Assembly (NCBI GenBank): GCA_035464915.1
Contig: DATHRT010000170.1
Location: forward strand, 1-42,527
Direction: 5' to 3'
DNA: 42,527 bases
DNA from: Candidatus Limnocylindria bacterium
Lineage (GTDB): Bacteria > Desulfobacterota > Deferrimicrobia > Deferrimicrobiales > Deferrimicrobiaceae
Below the pieces are notes generated by a model, which was not told where the DNA came from, did no database searches, and was given only the letters and a program-made list of their open reading frames with translations. The position numbers were made by a program, and so were the translations under genes. This document shows, one piece after another, positions 16,627 through 29,548 of this stretch (the first letter of the stretch is position 1; each line of letters begins with the position of its first letter).

Positions 16627-17941
16627 CAGGACCGCGTCGATCGCCCAGGAGGCGGACCGGACCAGGGACCGGATCTCCTCTTCGGTGGAGGAAAGGGGGG
16701 GCATCAGGACGATGACGTCGCCGAGCGGGCGGAGGATCACACCGCGCTCCCGCACTTTCCGGACCACCCGCTGGCCGATTTTTTTCTCCGGGGGAAACCG
16801 CTCGCGCGTCGTGCGGTCCGCGACGATCTCGATTCCCGCCATCAGCCCCTTCCGCCGGATCTCCCCCACATTCCGGTGCCCGGACAGTTCCGCGAGCGCG
16901 CGCTCCATCGTCCTCCCCAGGCGGGACACCCGCATGAGGACATCCTCCCGCTCGAAGATCGACAGGGTCGCGATCGCTGCCGCACACCCGAGCGGGTTTG
17001 CCGTGTAGGAATGGCCGTGGAAAAACGTCTTGAAGTCCTCGTACCGGCCGAGAAACGCCCGGTAGATATCTTCGGTGGCAAGCGTTGCGGCAAGAGGGAG
17101 ATACCCGCCTGTCATTCCCTTGGCGACCGCCATGATGTCCGGCGAAACTCCCTCCTGTGTACAGGCGAACATCGTCCCTGTCCGACCGAATCCCGTGGCC
17201 ACCTCGTCACAGATGAGCAGGACGCCGCATTCCCGCGTCACCGCCCGCAGCCTCGCAAGGTACCCTTCCGGCATCAGGAGAATTCCCGCCGCCCCCTGCA
17301 CGAGCGGCTCGACAATCGCGGCGGCCAGAGCATCCTTCCGGCCCCGGACCTCCTCCTCCATTCGCTCGGCGCAGAAGAGTCCGCAGGAAGGGCGGGAGAG
17401 CCCGTAGGGGCAGCGGTAGCAATGCGGCGCGGGAACCCTGCGTGTGGAGAACAGAAGCGGGCGGAAGATCCTGTGGAAGAGATCGATCCCGCCCGCGGAG
17501 ACGGATCCGATCGTATCGCCGTGGTACGCTTCGGAGAACGTGAGAAACTCCCGCCTCTCCTCCGCCCCCCCTTCCCGCTGGCGCCAGTACTGGAACGCCA
17601 TCTTGATGGCGATCTCCATCGCGGTGGATCCGTTGTCGGAATAGAAGACGCGGGAGAGACCCGGGGGGGCGACGGCCAGAAGCTTCTCCGCAAGTTCGAT
17701 CGCAGGGGGGTGGGAAAGCCCCAGAAAAGTGGAATGGGCCATCCGGTTGAGCTGGGCGCGGACGGCATCGTCGATTTCCCTCCTTCCGTGCCCGAAGAGG
17801 TTCACCCAAAGCGACGAAACGCCGTCGAAGTATTTCCGCCCCTCCGTGTCGAAAAGGTAGTTCCCCTCGCCGCGCTCGATGATGAGCGGGGCGTCCTTCT
17901 CCCAGTCCGCCATCTGGGTGAAGGGGTGCCAGAGGGCCGCC

Positions 17942-19134
<1,193 letters not shown>

Positions 19135-19135
<1 letters not shown>

Positions 19136-20118
19136 CAGACGGGGAGGAGGGTAAGACCCAGGTCACGGATCATCCGGACGTCGTCCTCCGCCGGGCGACC
19201 GGCTGTGGTCAGGTAATTTCCCGCCATCGTCCCGCTGGCCCCCGCGGCGAACACGAGACTCTGCATGTCCCGCAGGTTCACCTCCCGCCCGCCGCAGACG
19301 ATGATCTCCCGCCCGGGGTGGCACAGCCGCATCATCGCGATGATCTTGAGACAGGAGAAGGGGGTGAGTTCTTCCCTCCCCTCCACCGGAGTCCCCGGAA
19401 CGGGATTGAGAAAGTTGAGCGGGATCGAGTCGACGCCAAGCTCCCTGAGCGTCATGGCGAGCTCGACGCGGTCCTCGGCCGTCTCCCCGATGCCGAAGAT
19501 CCCCCCGCAGCATACCCACGCCCCTGCCGCTTTCGCGGCCTGGACCGCCCGGACATCCTCCTCGTAGTCATGGGTTGTGCACATCGAAGGGAAAAAACCC
19601 CGGGACGTCTCGAGATTGTGGTGTACCGACCGAAGCCCCCGCGAAAGTAGGTAGGCCACGTCCTCCGCGGACAGCGTACCGAGGCTCACGCAGGTCTCGA
19701 TCCCCACCTCGACCCGGATCCGCTCGATGGCGTTCCCTACTCTCTCGAGCTCCGCGCGGTTGCGCATCGCGAGGCCCGACGACACGATCGAAAATTCCCT
19801 GGACCCCCGAGTTTTCGCTTCCCGGGCGGCCCGGACCATCTCTTCCTCTTCCATCAACGGATATTTCCGGATGTCGGCCGTCGAACGGCGGGACTGGGAG
19901 CAGAAGGAACAGTCCTCCGAGCACTGCCCCGATTTCGCATTCACGATGGAGCAGAGCCTCACCCCGTCCCCCTTGAAGCGCCGGCGGACGCCCTCGGTGA
20001 CGTCGAGCAGGCGCCAGAGGTCAGGTTGGGGAAGCGACAGGACCTTGAGGGCGTCTCCGGCGGCGATCCCCTTCCCCCCCATGGCGTCTTCCCGGATCCG
20101 GTTCCAGAAGTCCTCCAA
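19135..20118 (-). CDS. bioB: Biotin synthase (radical SAM)
   Basis: CSEDCSFCSQS CxxxCxxC cluster motif; BioB length and context. The track start at 20118 is a TTG; ATG 20082 is the alternative. Confidence 0.9.
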
Positions 20119-20176
20119 GGCCCCCCCCCCGGCTGTGGATGCGGCGATCCCCCATTCTTCCGGAAGCGTTCGTCGC

Positions 20177-20207
20177 TGTCAACCCGGGAACCGATAACAG
20201 GTTTACA
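20177..20207. promoter_or_regulatory. BirA operator (bioO-like) upstream of bioB
   Basis: TGTCAACC (20177-20184), a 15-nt spacer, then GGTTTACA (20200-20207). This is an inverted repeat with the same half-sites as E. coli bioO (TGTAAACC...GGTTTACA). It lies 59-89 nt upstream of the bioB start in the bioB/HAD divergent region. Confidence 0.7.
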
Positions 20208-20312
20208 GAAGAGGAGGCCGGCCGGGAGATCCCTTGTCCCGGGGACGGGGGATTTTTTATTAGAATAGTAGGCGTGAAAAAAAAATTCTTCCCGCACGGG
20301 GGAAGGGACGAT

Positions 20313-20993
20313 ATGGGAAAAGCGGTCCGGCTGGTGGTGTTCGACCTTGACGGAACACTCGTCGATTCCAAGGTCGACCTGGCGAATTCGGTCAACTATG
20401 CCCTCGGTTCGTTCGGGTACCCCCTTCTGCCGAACGAGACGGTCTATTCCTACGTCGGCGACGGAGCCTCTATTCTTATCCAGCGATCCCTGGGGACCGA
20501 CGGGAGGGAAATCCTTCCCCTTGTCTTGAAGACCTTCCTCACCCATTACCGGGAGCACCTGCTGGACACGACCGTCCCCTTCCCGGGGGTTAGCGAAAGC
20601 CTGGAAGCGCACAGCAAGGCGTTCGAGATGGCCGTGCTGACCAACAAGCCGGTCGATATGACCCGAAACATCCTTGCCGGCCTGTCGCTCTCCCGGTACT
20701 TCGTCGATGTGCGCGGGGGGGACAGCTTCGATAGCAAGAAGCCGAACCCGGAAGGACTTCTTCGCATCATGAAGAAGCGGGGGATTTCTCCCGCGGAATC
20801 CCTCATGGTGGGGGACTCGGTGAACGACATTCTTGCCGGGCAAGGGGCAGGGGTCGCCACGTGCGGCGTTTCCTACGGACTCGGCGCGAAGGGGTTCGCG
20901 GAACATTCCCCTGACTTCACCATCGACCGTTTTCCGGAGCTGTTCCACCGGATCCGACCGATTCGATTAAGGGAAACCGACGGAAGTGAGTAA
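20313..20993 (+). CDS. HAD-IA hydrolase, phosphoglycolate-phosphatase-like
   Basis: Listed ORF 20139.. trimmed to ATG 20313 (MGKAVRLVVFDLDGTLVDS...), which sits behind GGGAAGGGA. HAD motifs present: DLDGT, VLTNK, GDSVNDI. Confidence 0.8.
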   Translation: MGKAVRLVVFDLDGTLVDSKVDLANSVNYALGSFGYPLLPNETVYSYVGDGASILIQRSLGTDGREILPLVLKTFLTHYREHLLDTTVPFPGVSESLEAHSKAFEMAVLTNKPVDMTRNILAGLSLSRYFVDVRGGDSFDSKKPNPEGLLRIMKKRGISPAESLMVGDSVNDILAGQGAGVATCGVSYGLGAKGFAEHSPDFTIDRFPELFHRIRPIRLRETDGSE

Positions 20994-21597
20994 ACGCGGG
21001 TCCTTCCCCATCCAGGCGATTCTCCTTCTCACCGGGATCGCCCTCGCACTGCGCCTGGCTACCCGCTATCCCTCCCGGTTCCTGCTGCTTCAACCCGACC
21101 TGCTGGGGGCGGCCCTGTTCCTCTATGCCCCGTTTCTGTACTACCGGCGGGGGCGGGCGCCCTCCTGGATCCGGCTTTCGGACGTGAAACGGAGTGGATC
21201 CCTCTTCCTGGTCCTGGGGGCGGGGGGAGTCCTGGTGTTTCTTCTCGTTTCCTCCCTTCCCTTTCCGCTCTTCCCCCCCTCACGCGGAGCGTACGGGCCT
21301 CCGCTCGGGACATTCGTCTTCCGGCAGGCAATTCTCGTCGCCCTCCCGGAGGAGGTCTTTTTCCGCGGGTACCTGTACGACGTCTTCGAGGAAAAGGAAT
21401 GGGAGCCGGTCACTGCCACCTCCCTTCTCTTCGCGGCGGCTCACCTCGTCATCCACGCGTCGGCGTACCGGGCGCTCACCTTCTTCCCCGCCCTCCTGTT
21501 CGGTTGGGGACGCAAGAAATCGGGCAACCTCTACGTTCCCGTGTTCCTGCACCTCCTGTTCAATCTGATTCCCTATCTCCAGGCGTCCCTGCCATGA
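20986..21597 (+). CDS. CPBP family intramembrane glutamic endopeptidase (CAAX protease-like)
   Basis: Multi-TM protein with the three CPBP motifs EEVFFRGYL, FAAAHL and HLLFN. The GTG start overlaps the upstream gene by 8 nt. Confidence 0.8.
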   Translation: MSKRGSFPIQAILLLTGIALALRLATRYPSRFLLLQPDLLGAALFLYAPFLYYRRGRAPSWIRLSDVKRSGSLFLVLGAGGVLVFLLVSSLPFPLFPPSRGAYGPPLGTFVFRQAILVALPEEVFFRGYLYDVFEEKEWEPVTATSLLFAAAHLVIHASAYRALTFFPALLFGWGRKKSGNLYVPVFLHLLFNLIPYLQASLP

Positions 21598-21748
21598 GCG
21601 ACGTCCGGGTGGCGGCGGCACACGCCGGGACGCGGGAGGTGATCATCTTTGTGCTGATCGCGCCGGAGATCGTGATGGGGCTGCAAAGGGCCTGACGGCG
21701 CCGGGGCTTTCTGGTACCATTCTCGCAGATTGCCTGGGAGGAGACACG

Positions 21749-22933
21749 ATGAAGGTACGGACCATCGACCAGCTTGATCTTTCCGGGAAACGGGTGCTCA
21801 TCCGCGTCGATTTCAACGTCCCGCTGGACAAGGCCGGGAACATCACCGACGACACGCGGATCAAGGCCGTCCTCCCCACGATCCGGCTGGCCCGGGAGCG
21901 GGGAGCGAAAACGATCCTTTTGTCCCACCTGGGGCGTCCCAAGGGAAAAACGATCCCGGAGATGAGCCTCTCTCCCGTGGCAAAACGCCTCTCCTCCCTC
22001 CTCGGAAAGGAAGTTTCTTTCGTTCCCGACTGCGTGGGGGAGGCGACGGAAAAGGCCGTGGCGGCGATGCAGCCGGGCGACGTCCTCCTCCTGGAGAACG
22101 TGCGATTCCATCCCGGCGAGGAGAAAAACGACGAGGGGTTCGGAAAACAGCTCGCGGCGCTTTGCGACGTGTACGTTAACGACGCCTTCGCGACCGCCCA
22201 CCGGGGGCACTCGTCGAACGTCGCCGTCGCCCGGTTCGTCAAGGAGAAGGCGGCGGGGCTTCTCATGAAGGACGAGATCGCCTATTTCGAAAAAGCCCTC
22301 GTCTCCCCCGCCCGCCCGCTGGCCGCGGTGTTCGGAGGGGCCAAGATCTCCGGGAAGATCGAGGCGATCAACAACGTCATCGGAAAGGTGGACAAGATCC
22401 TCATCGGCGGCGCGATGGCCAACACGTTTTTCGCCGCACAGGGCTACGAGGTGGGGAACTCCCTGTACGAGACCGAGATGGTGGAAATGGCGGGAAAGGT
22501 GCTGGCGAACGCCACTCGCCGCAAGGTCAAGCTCTACCTGCCCGTCGACGTCGTGGTCGCCGACCGGCTCGACGCATCGGCATCCTCGAAGATCGTCCCC
22601 GCCCAGGAGATCCCCGTCGGGTGGACGGCGGCCGACATCGGGCCCGCCACATCGCTCCTTTTCAAGGCAGCGCTCCAGGACGCGAAGACCATCGTCTGGA
22701 ACGGTCCGCTCGGAGCGTTCGAGATCGGGCCGTTCGCCAACGGGACTCACTCGATCATGCGGGCTCTCGCGGAGAGCAACGCGATCACCATCGTCGGCGG
22801 CGGCGACACCGACACGGCGCTGCACAAGGCAGGCCTGTTTTCCCGGATGTCCTACGTGTCGACCGGCGGCGGAGCGTTCCTCGAGCTTCTGGAGGGGAAA
22901 CGGCTCCCCGGAATCGTGGCGCTCGAGGAGTAA
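21749..22933 (+). CDS. pgk: Phosphoglycerate kinase
   Basis: 394 aa. N-terminus KRVLIRVDFNVPLD..., and C-terminal region STGGGAFLELLEGK. SD GGGAGGAG is present. Confidence 0.95.
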   Translation: MKVRTIDQLDLSGKRVLIRVDFNVPLDKAGNITDDTRIKAVLPTIRLARERGAKTILLSHLGRPKGKTIPEMSLSPVAKRLSSLLGKEVSFVPDCVGEATEKAVAAMQPGDVLLLENVRFHPGEEKNDEGFGKQLAALCDVYVNDAFATAHRGHSSNVAVARFVKEKAAGLLMKDEIAYFEKALVSPARPLAAVFGGAKISGKIEAINNVIGKVDKILIGGAMANTFFAAQGYEVGNSLYETEMVEMAGKVLANATRRKVKLYLPVDVVVADRLDASASSKIVPAQEIPVGWTAADIGPATSLLFKAALQDAKTIVWNGPLGAFEIGPFANGTHSIMRALAESNAITIVGGGDTDTALHKAGLFSRMSYVSTGGGAFLELLEGKRLPGIVALEE

Positions 22934-22977
22934 GGCGCACGGGAGGAGGAAGAGGCACAACCGGCCGGTTTAGACCG

Positions 22978-25534
<2,557 letters not shown>

Positions 25535-25816
25535 ATGAAACAGGTCTCGGAAGCCCATGTGACCGTATCCGGCCGCGTCCAGGGGGTGTTCTTCCGTGCG
25601 TCGACTCGCGACGTGGCGACCCGATTAGGCGTGGCCGGTTTCGTCCGGAACCTTCCTGGGCGGCAGGTCGAGGCGGTCCTTCAAGGGGAACGGGAGGCAG
25701 TGGAGAAGGTGATCGCCTTCCTGCGCGAGGGTCCCCCGGGCGCGGTCGTCACAGACATCGCCGTGGAATGGCGCAAATCCGCCGAACCGCTCGAGGGATT
25801 CCATGTCCGTTACTGA
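25535..25816 (+). CDS. acyP: Acylphosphatase
   Basis: 93 aa with VSGRVQGVFFRASTRDVA...GFVRN, the acylphosphatase signature. The start abuts the ligA stop (TAGATG). Confidence 0.85.
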   Translation: MKQVSEAHVTVSGRVQGVFFRASTRDVATRLGVAGFVRNLPGRQVEAVLQGEREAVEKVIAFLREGPPGAVVTDIAVEWRKSAEPLEGFHVRY

Positions 25817-26798
25817 ACTCCGGCCGGCCGCCCACTGGCGGACCGAGGGAGGGGCCGTCCGGTGCGAGCTGTGCCCCCACCGATGCCTCATCTCCGAGGG
25901 GAAGCAGGGAATCTGCGGCGTCCGGGAGAACCGGGACGGCAGGTTGTTCGCCCTGACCTACGGAAAGGTGGCCGCCGTTCAGTTCGACCCGGTCGAAAAG
26001 AAACCGCTTTTCCACTTCCACCCGGGGAAACCGATACTCTCGGTCGGATCGGTAGGTTGCAACTTCCGTTGCGGCTTCTGCCAGAACCACCACCTGGTCG
26101 AGAAACGCGTCCCCTTAACCTCCGTGCCCATTCCCGATCTCGTGCGGGCCGCCCGGCGGGAGGGGGCCGTCGGAATCTCCTACACCTACAACGAGCCGCT
26201 GATATGGTTCGAATTCGTCGTCGACTGTGCCCGGGAATTCCGGAAGGCCGGCATGACGAACGTCCTTGTCACCAACGGGTACGTCTCGCCCGAGCCGCTC
26301 GCCGAAATCCTCCCCCTGGTGGACGCAATGAACATCGACCTGAAGTCGATGGACGCAACGTTCTACCGGAAAATCTGCGGGGGGGAACTCGCCCCCGTGC
26401 TCGACACCATTCGGGAAAGCGCGAAAACCACGCACGTGGAGATCACCAACCTCCTCGTCACCGGGGAGAACGACTCGGAGGAGGCGATCCGCGCCGTCGT
26501 CGACTTCGTCGCCGGAGTCGACCCGGAAATTCCCCTTCACCTTTCCCGGTACATGCCCATGTATCGCTTCACCGCCCCCCCCACACCTCCTGAACGGCTC
26601 GAAGCAGCTTTCCGGATCGCGCGGGAGAGGCTGCCGTACGTCTACGTGGGGAACTACCCCCTGGAGGGGGCCGAGGACACGGCCTGCCCGGCATGCGGGG
26701 TAATCGTCGTCCGGAGGCAACGGTACCGAACCGACTCTTCCGGCCTCTCCGGGAGCCATTGCGCTTCCTGCTCCGCGTCCCTCCGTTTCGTGGTATAA
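25803..26798 (+). CDS. amrS: AmmeMemoRadiSam-system-type radical SAM enzyme
   Basis: N-terminal CELCPHRCLISEGKQGICGVRENRDG, followed by SVGSVGCNFRCGFCQNHH (CxxxCxxC). Length and order are typical of this PflA-like family. It overlaps acyP by 14 nt. Confidence 0.8.
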   Translation: MSVTELRPAAHWRTEGGAVRCELCPHRCLISEGKQGICGVRENRDGRLFALTYGKVAAVQFDPVEKKPLFHFHPGKPILSVGSVGCNFRCGFCQNHHLVEKRVPLTSVPIPDLVRAARREGAVGISYTYNEPLIWFEFVVDCAREFRKAGMTNVLVTNGYVSPEPLAEILPLVDAMNIDLKSMDATFYRKICGGELAPVLDTIRESAKTTHVEITNLLVTGENDSEEAIRAVVDFVAGVDPEIPLHLSRYMPMYRFTAPPTPPERLEAAFRIARERLPYVYVGNYPLEGAEDTACPACGVIVVRRQRYRTDSSGLSGSHCASCSASLRFVV

Positions 26799-26805
26799 AT
26801 ACACG

Positions 26806-27066
26806 ATGAAAACTGTCCCCACTCCGCGCCGGAGAGGAGTTTCGGGCGTCGTATTCGGCTTACTCTTCTTCTGCTTCTCCCTCCTGACGCCGTCACCGTT
26901 TCCGGTTTACGCGAACAACGCCGCCGGAGGGGCGAGGGCATACCAGGAGCGGGCCGCCGCCGAGCAACACACACGTTCCCGCTATCGACGCCTCGAGTGG
27001 GCGTCCCTGGTGCTCATCCTCGCTGCGGGCGGGGCCGCGATCTTCTGGGCGGGCAGGAGGAAGTAA
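26806..27066 (+). CDS. Small membrane/secreted protein (86 aa), function unknown
   Basis: Signal-like N-terminus (MKTVPTPRRRGVSGVVFGLLFFCFSLLTPSPFPVYA) and C-terminal TM (WASLVLILAAGGAAIFWAGRRK). It lies 3 nt upstream of the regulator gene. No SD is visible; a TATAAA lies 6 nt upstream of the ATG. Confidence 0.5.
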   Translation: MKTVPTPRRRGVSGVVFGLLFFCFSLLTPSPFPVYANNAAGGARAYQERAAAEQHTRSRYRRLEWASLVLILAAGGAAIFWAGRRK

Positions 27067-27069
27067 CCC

Positions 27070-28461
27070 ATGAGGGTTCCATTGCACCGGAGAATCCTGA
27101 TCGTCGACGACGAACTCCAGATCCTTACCTTCCTCGACGATCTCTTCCGGACGGAAGGATGGGAGGTACAAACCGCCGATTCGGGGTCGTCCGGAATCGA
27201 CAAGCTCGAGCAGAACCGCTTCGACATCGTCCTCACCGACCTGAAGATGCCCGGACCCGATGGGATCGAGGTGCTCCGAACGGCCAGGAAGATCCAGTCG
27301 GATGCCGAGGTGATCATGATGACCGGGTACGGCACGGTGGACACCGCCATCGAAGCGATGCGGGCGGGCGCGTTTCATTACCTTGCAAAGCCCTTCAAGG
27401 CGGAGGAAGTTCTCCACCTCGTGGACAAGGCCTACATCCAACGGCAACTGAAGAGGGAAAACCTCTACCTCAAGGCCGAATCCCGCAGCAGGCACCTGTT
27501 GCACTCCGTCGTGGGCACCAGCCCGCCTATCCAGGAGGTGATCGCCGCAGCGCAGCGTCTCTCCGACACGGAAACACCGGTGCTGCTGGTCGGAGAGAGG
27601 GGCACGGGGCGATCCTTCTTCGCGCGGATACTGCATTTTCACAGTTCCCACTCCTCGGGTCTTTTCGTCCCGGTGCACTGCGCGGGAGCCGGCGAGGAGA
27701 AACTGGAGGGGGATCTCTTCGGGTACGCCGCGGGAGCCTACGAGGGGGCGGTGCTTCCCCGTCCGGGAAAAATCGCAATGACGAACAACGGAACCATCTT
27801 TCTTTCGGAAATCATGGAGGCAGGCTCCCGGGTGCTGGAACGTATCACCACCCTCCTCGCCGAGAAGACGATCACGCCCGTCGGCTCCACCCAGGAGGTC
27901 GAACTCGACATCCGGGTGGTTGCTTCCTCCTCGACGGACCTCGAAACCCTCGCCGCCAAGGGGAAAGTGACAGAAGAGCTTTGCGCCCTCCTCGCCCCGG
28001 GGACAATCCGCATCCCGGCGCTCCGGGAGCGTGCAGAGGACATCCCCCTGCTTCTTCACCACTTCCTCTTCGAGGAGAACCGGAACCGGAAGAAGCCCCT
28101 GCGGGGCTTCAGCCAGACGGCCATAGCCGCCCTCTCGGCCTACTCCTGGCCAGGGAACGTGCGGGAGCTCGAGAAATTCGTGAAGGCGATCTCCACGCGG
28201 AAGAAACAGGGAACGGTGGTGGATGCCGCGGACCTGCCCACCGAGATCCTGTACGGCAGGAAAGGGAGAAAACCGGCGGATCGGCAGGCGGAAGTCCTGG
28301 CGAGAACCGACATCCGCAATGCAATCCAGGATCTCGAAACACCGATGGTCCTTCAGGCCCTGGCGCTCACCGAGGGGGACAGGGAGCGGGCCGCGGAACT
28401 TCTTCAGATTGACGTATCTGTCCTTGAGGACCTCATTCGCCGAAACAAGATCGAGCCATGA
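27070..28461 (+). CDS. NtrC-family (sigma-54 activator-type) response regulator with degenerate AAA+ motifs
   Basis: Receiver domain: ILIVDDE, VLTDLKMPG, LAKPF. Central AAA+ domain homologous to sigma-54 activators, but with GERGTGRS, GAYEGA and IFLSEI in place of the canonical motifs. C-terminal Fis-type HTH (GDRERAAELLQIDVSVLEDLIRRNKI). Confidence 0.85.
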   Translation: MRVPLHRRILIVDDELQILTFLDDLFRTEGWEVQTADSGSSGIDKLEQNRFDIVLTDLKMPGPDGIEVLRTARKIQSDAEVIMMTGYGTVDTAIEAMRAGAFHYLAKPFKAEEVLHLVDKAYIQRQLKRENLYLKAESRSRHLLHSVVGTSPPIQEVIAAAQRLSDTETPVLLVGERGTGRSFFARILHFHSSHSSGLFVPVHCAGAGEEKLEGDLFGYAAGAYEGAVLPRPGKIAMTNNGTIFLSEIMEAGSRVLERITTLLAEKTITPVGSTQEVELDIRVVASSSTDLETLAAKGKVTEELCALLAPGTIRIPALRERAEDIPLLLHHFLFEENRNRKKPLRGFSQTAIAALSAYSWPGNVRELEKFVKAISTRKKQGTVVDAADLPTEILYGRKGRKPADRQAEVLARTDIRNAIQDLETPMVLQALALTEGDRERAAELLQIDVSVLEDLIRRNKIEP

Positions 28462-28504
28462 CCCGGCGGTTCGAGACGGATGGCCCCCCGAACGGATCGC
28501 GCCC

Positions 28505-29536
28505 ATGAAGGCTGCCTTCTTCCGCGAGCACGGGGGTCTCGAAACGATCCGGCACGGCGACCTACCCTCACCTGTCCCGGGACCGGGACAGGTGAGGGTC
28601 CGCGTCCGGGCGGGCGCACTCAATCACCTCGACATCTTCGTCCGAATCGGGATCCCGGGGCTTTCCCTCTCGCTGCCGCACGTGATGGGGTCGGACGGAG
28701 CGGGTGTCGTCGACTCGGTGGGGCCGGGAGTAACGCGGCTTACGCAGGGCGACGAGGTCGTCCTGAACCCGGGCATCCACTGCGGAACCTGCGAGTTCTG
28801 CCTCCGTGGCGAGCACTCCCTCTGCGCAAGCTTCCACCTCCTGGGGGAGCATGTCTGGGGGACCTTCGCCGAATACGTCGTTGCCCCCGAGATCAACGCC
28901 TACCCGAAACCCGAGAATCTCACCTGGGAGGAATCCGCGGCGTTTCCCCTCACCTTCCTCACCGCCTGGCGCATGCTCGTCACCAAAGCAAAGGCAAGAC
29001 CCGGCGAGTCGCTTCTTATCGTCGGCATCGGGGGGGGCGTTTCCCTCGCCGCGTTCCAGATCGCGAAGCTTCTCGGGCTCACCGTCGGCGTCACATCGGG
29101 GAGCGCGGCCAAGCTTCGGCGCGCGGAGGAGATGGGTGCGGATTTCGGGATCGACCACGTGACGGCCGACTTCGCCGGCGAGACCCGGAAGATCACCGGG
29201 AAACGAGGCGTGGACATCGTGCTCGACTCCGTAGGGAAGGAAACCTGGAAGCAATCGATCGCCTCCCTCGCACGGGGCGGGAGACTGCTCACCTGCGGGG
29301 CGACGACGGGGCCGAACCCGGAGGAGGACATCGTCCGGATCTTCTGGAACCAGCTGACGGTAATGGGCTCCACGATGGGGACGCACGCCGAGTTCTCCGA
29401 AATGCTCCGGATGGTTTCGGGAGGAAGGATCGTCCCGGTGGTCGATTCCGTCTTCTCCCTGTCCGAGGTGAAGGCGGCACAGCAGCGGCTGGAGGAGAAG
29501 AAGCAGTTCGGGAAGATCGTCCTCCGGGTCGATTGA
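28505..29536 (+). CDS. Medium-chain dehydrogenase/reductase (zinc-ADH-like oxidoreductase)
   Basis: Listed ORF trimmed to ATG 28505 (MKAAFFREHGG...). Structural-zinc Cys cluster CGTCEFCLRGEHSLC. Rossmann motif IVGIGGGVS. The catalytic-zinc positions read NHLD and GSDGAG rather than CHTD/GHEGAG. Confidence 0.8.
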   Translation: MKAAFFREHGGLETIRHGDLPSPVPGPGQVRVRVRAGALNHLDIFVRIGIPGLSLSLPHVMGSDGAGVVDSVGPGVTRLTQGDEVVLNPGIHCGTCEFCLRGEHSLCASFHLLGEHVWGTFAEYVVAPEINAYPKPENLTWEESAAFPLTFLTAWRMLVTKAKARPGESLLIVGIGGGVSLAAFQIAKLLGLTVGVTSGSAAKLRRAEEMGADFGIDHVTADFAGETRKITGKRGVDIVLDSVGKETWKQSIASLARGGRLLTCGATTGPNPEEDIVRIFWNQLTVMGSTMGTHAEFSEMLRMVSGGRIVPVVDSVFSLSEVKAAQQRLEEKKQFGKIVLRVD

Positions 29537-29548
29537 CACCCGCAGAGT

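Noticed and set aside
21560-22960. 466-aa ORF on the minus strand
   Set aside because: It is antisense to pgk, which is unambiguous. The sequence is low-complexity and R/G/D-rich.
22959-22970. Palindrome AACCGGCCGGTT between convergent pgk and the ferritin-like gene, considered as a bidirectional terminator
   Set aside because: At best it forms a 4-bp stem with a 4-nt loop, and there is no U-tract on either strand. That is too weak to call.
26893-28623. 576-aa ORF on the minus strand
   Set aside because: It is antisense to the response-regulator gene. It has no domain-like features and is R/G/P-rich.
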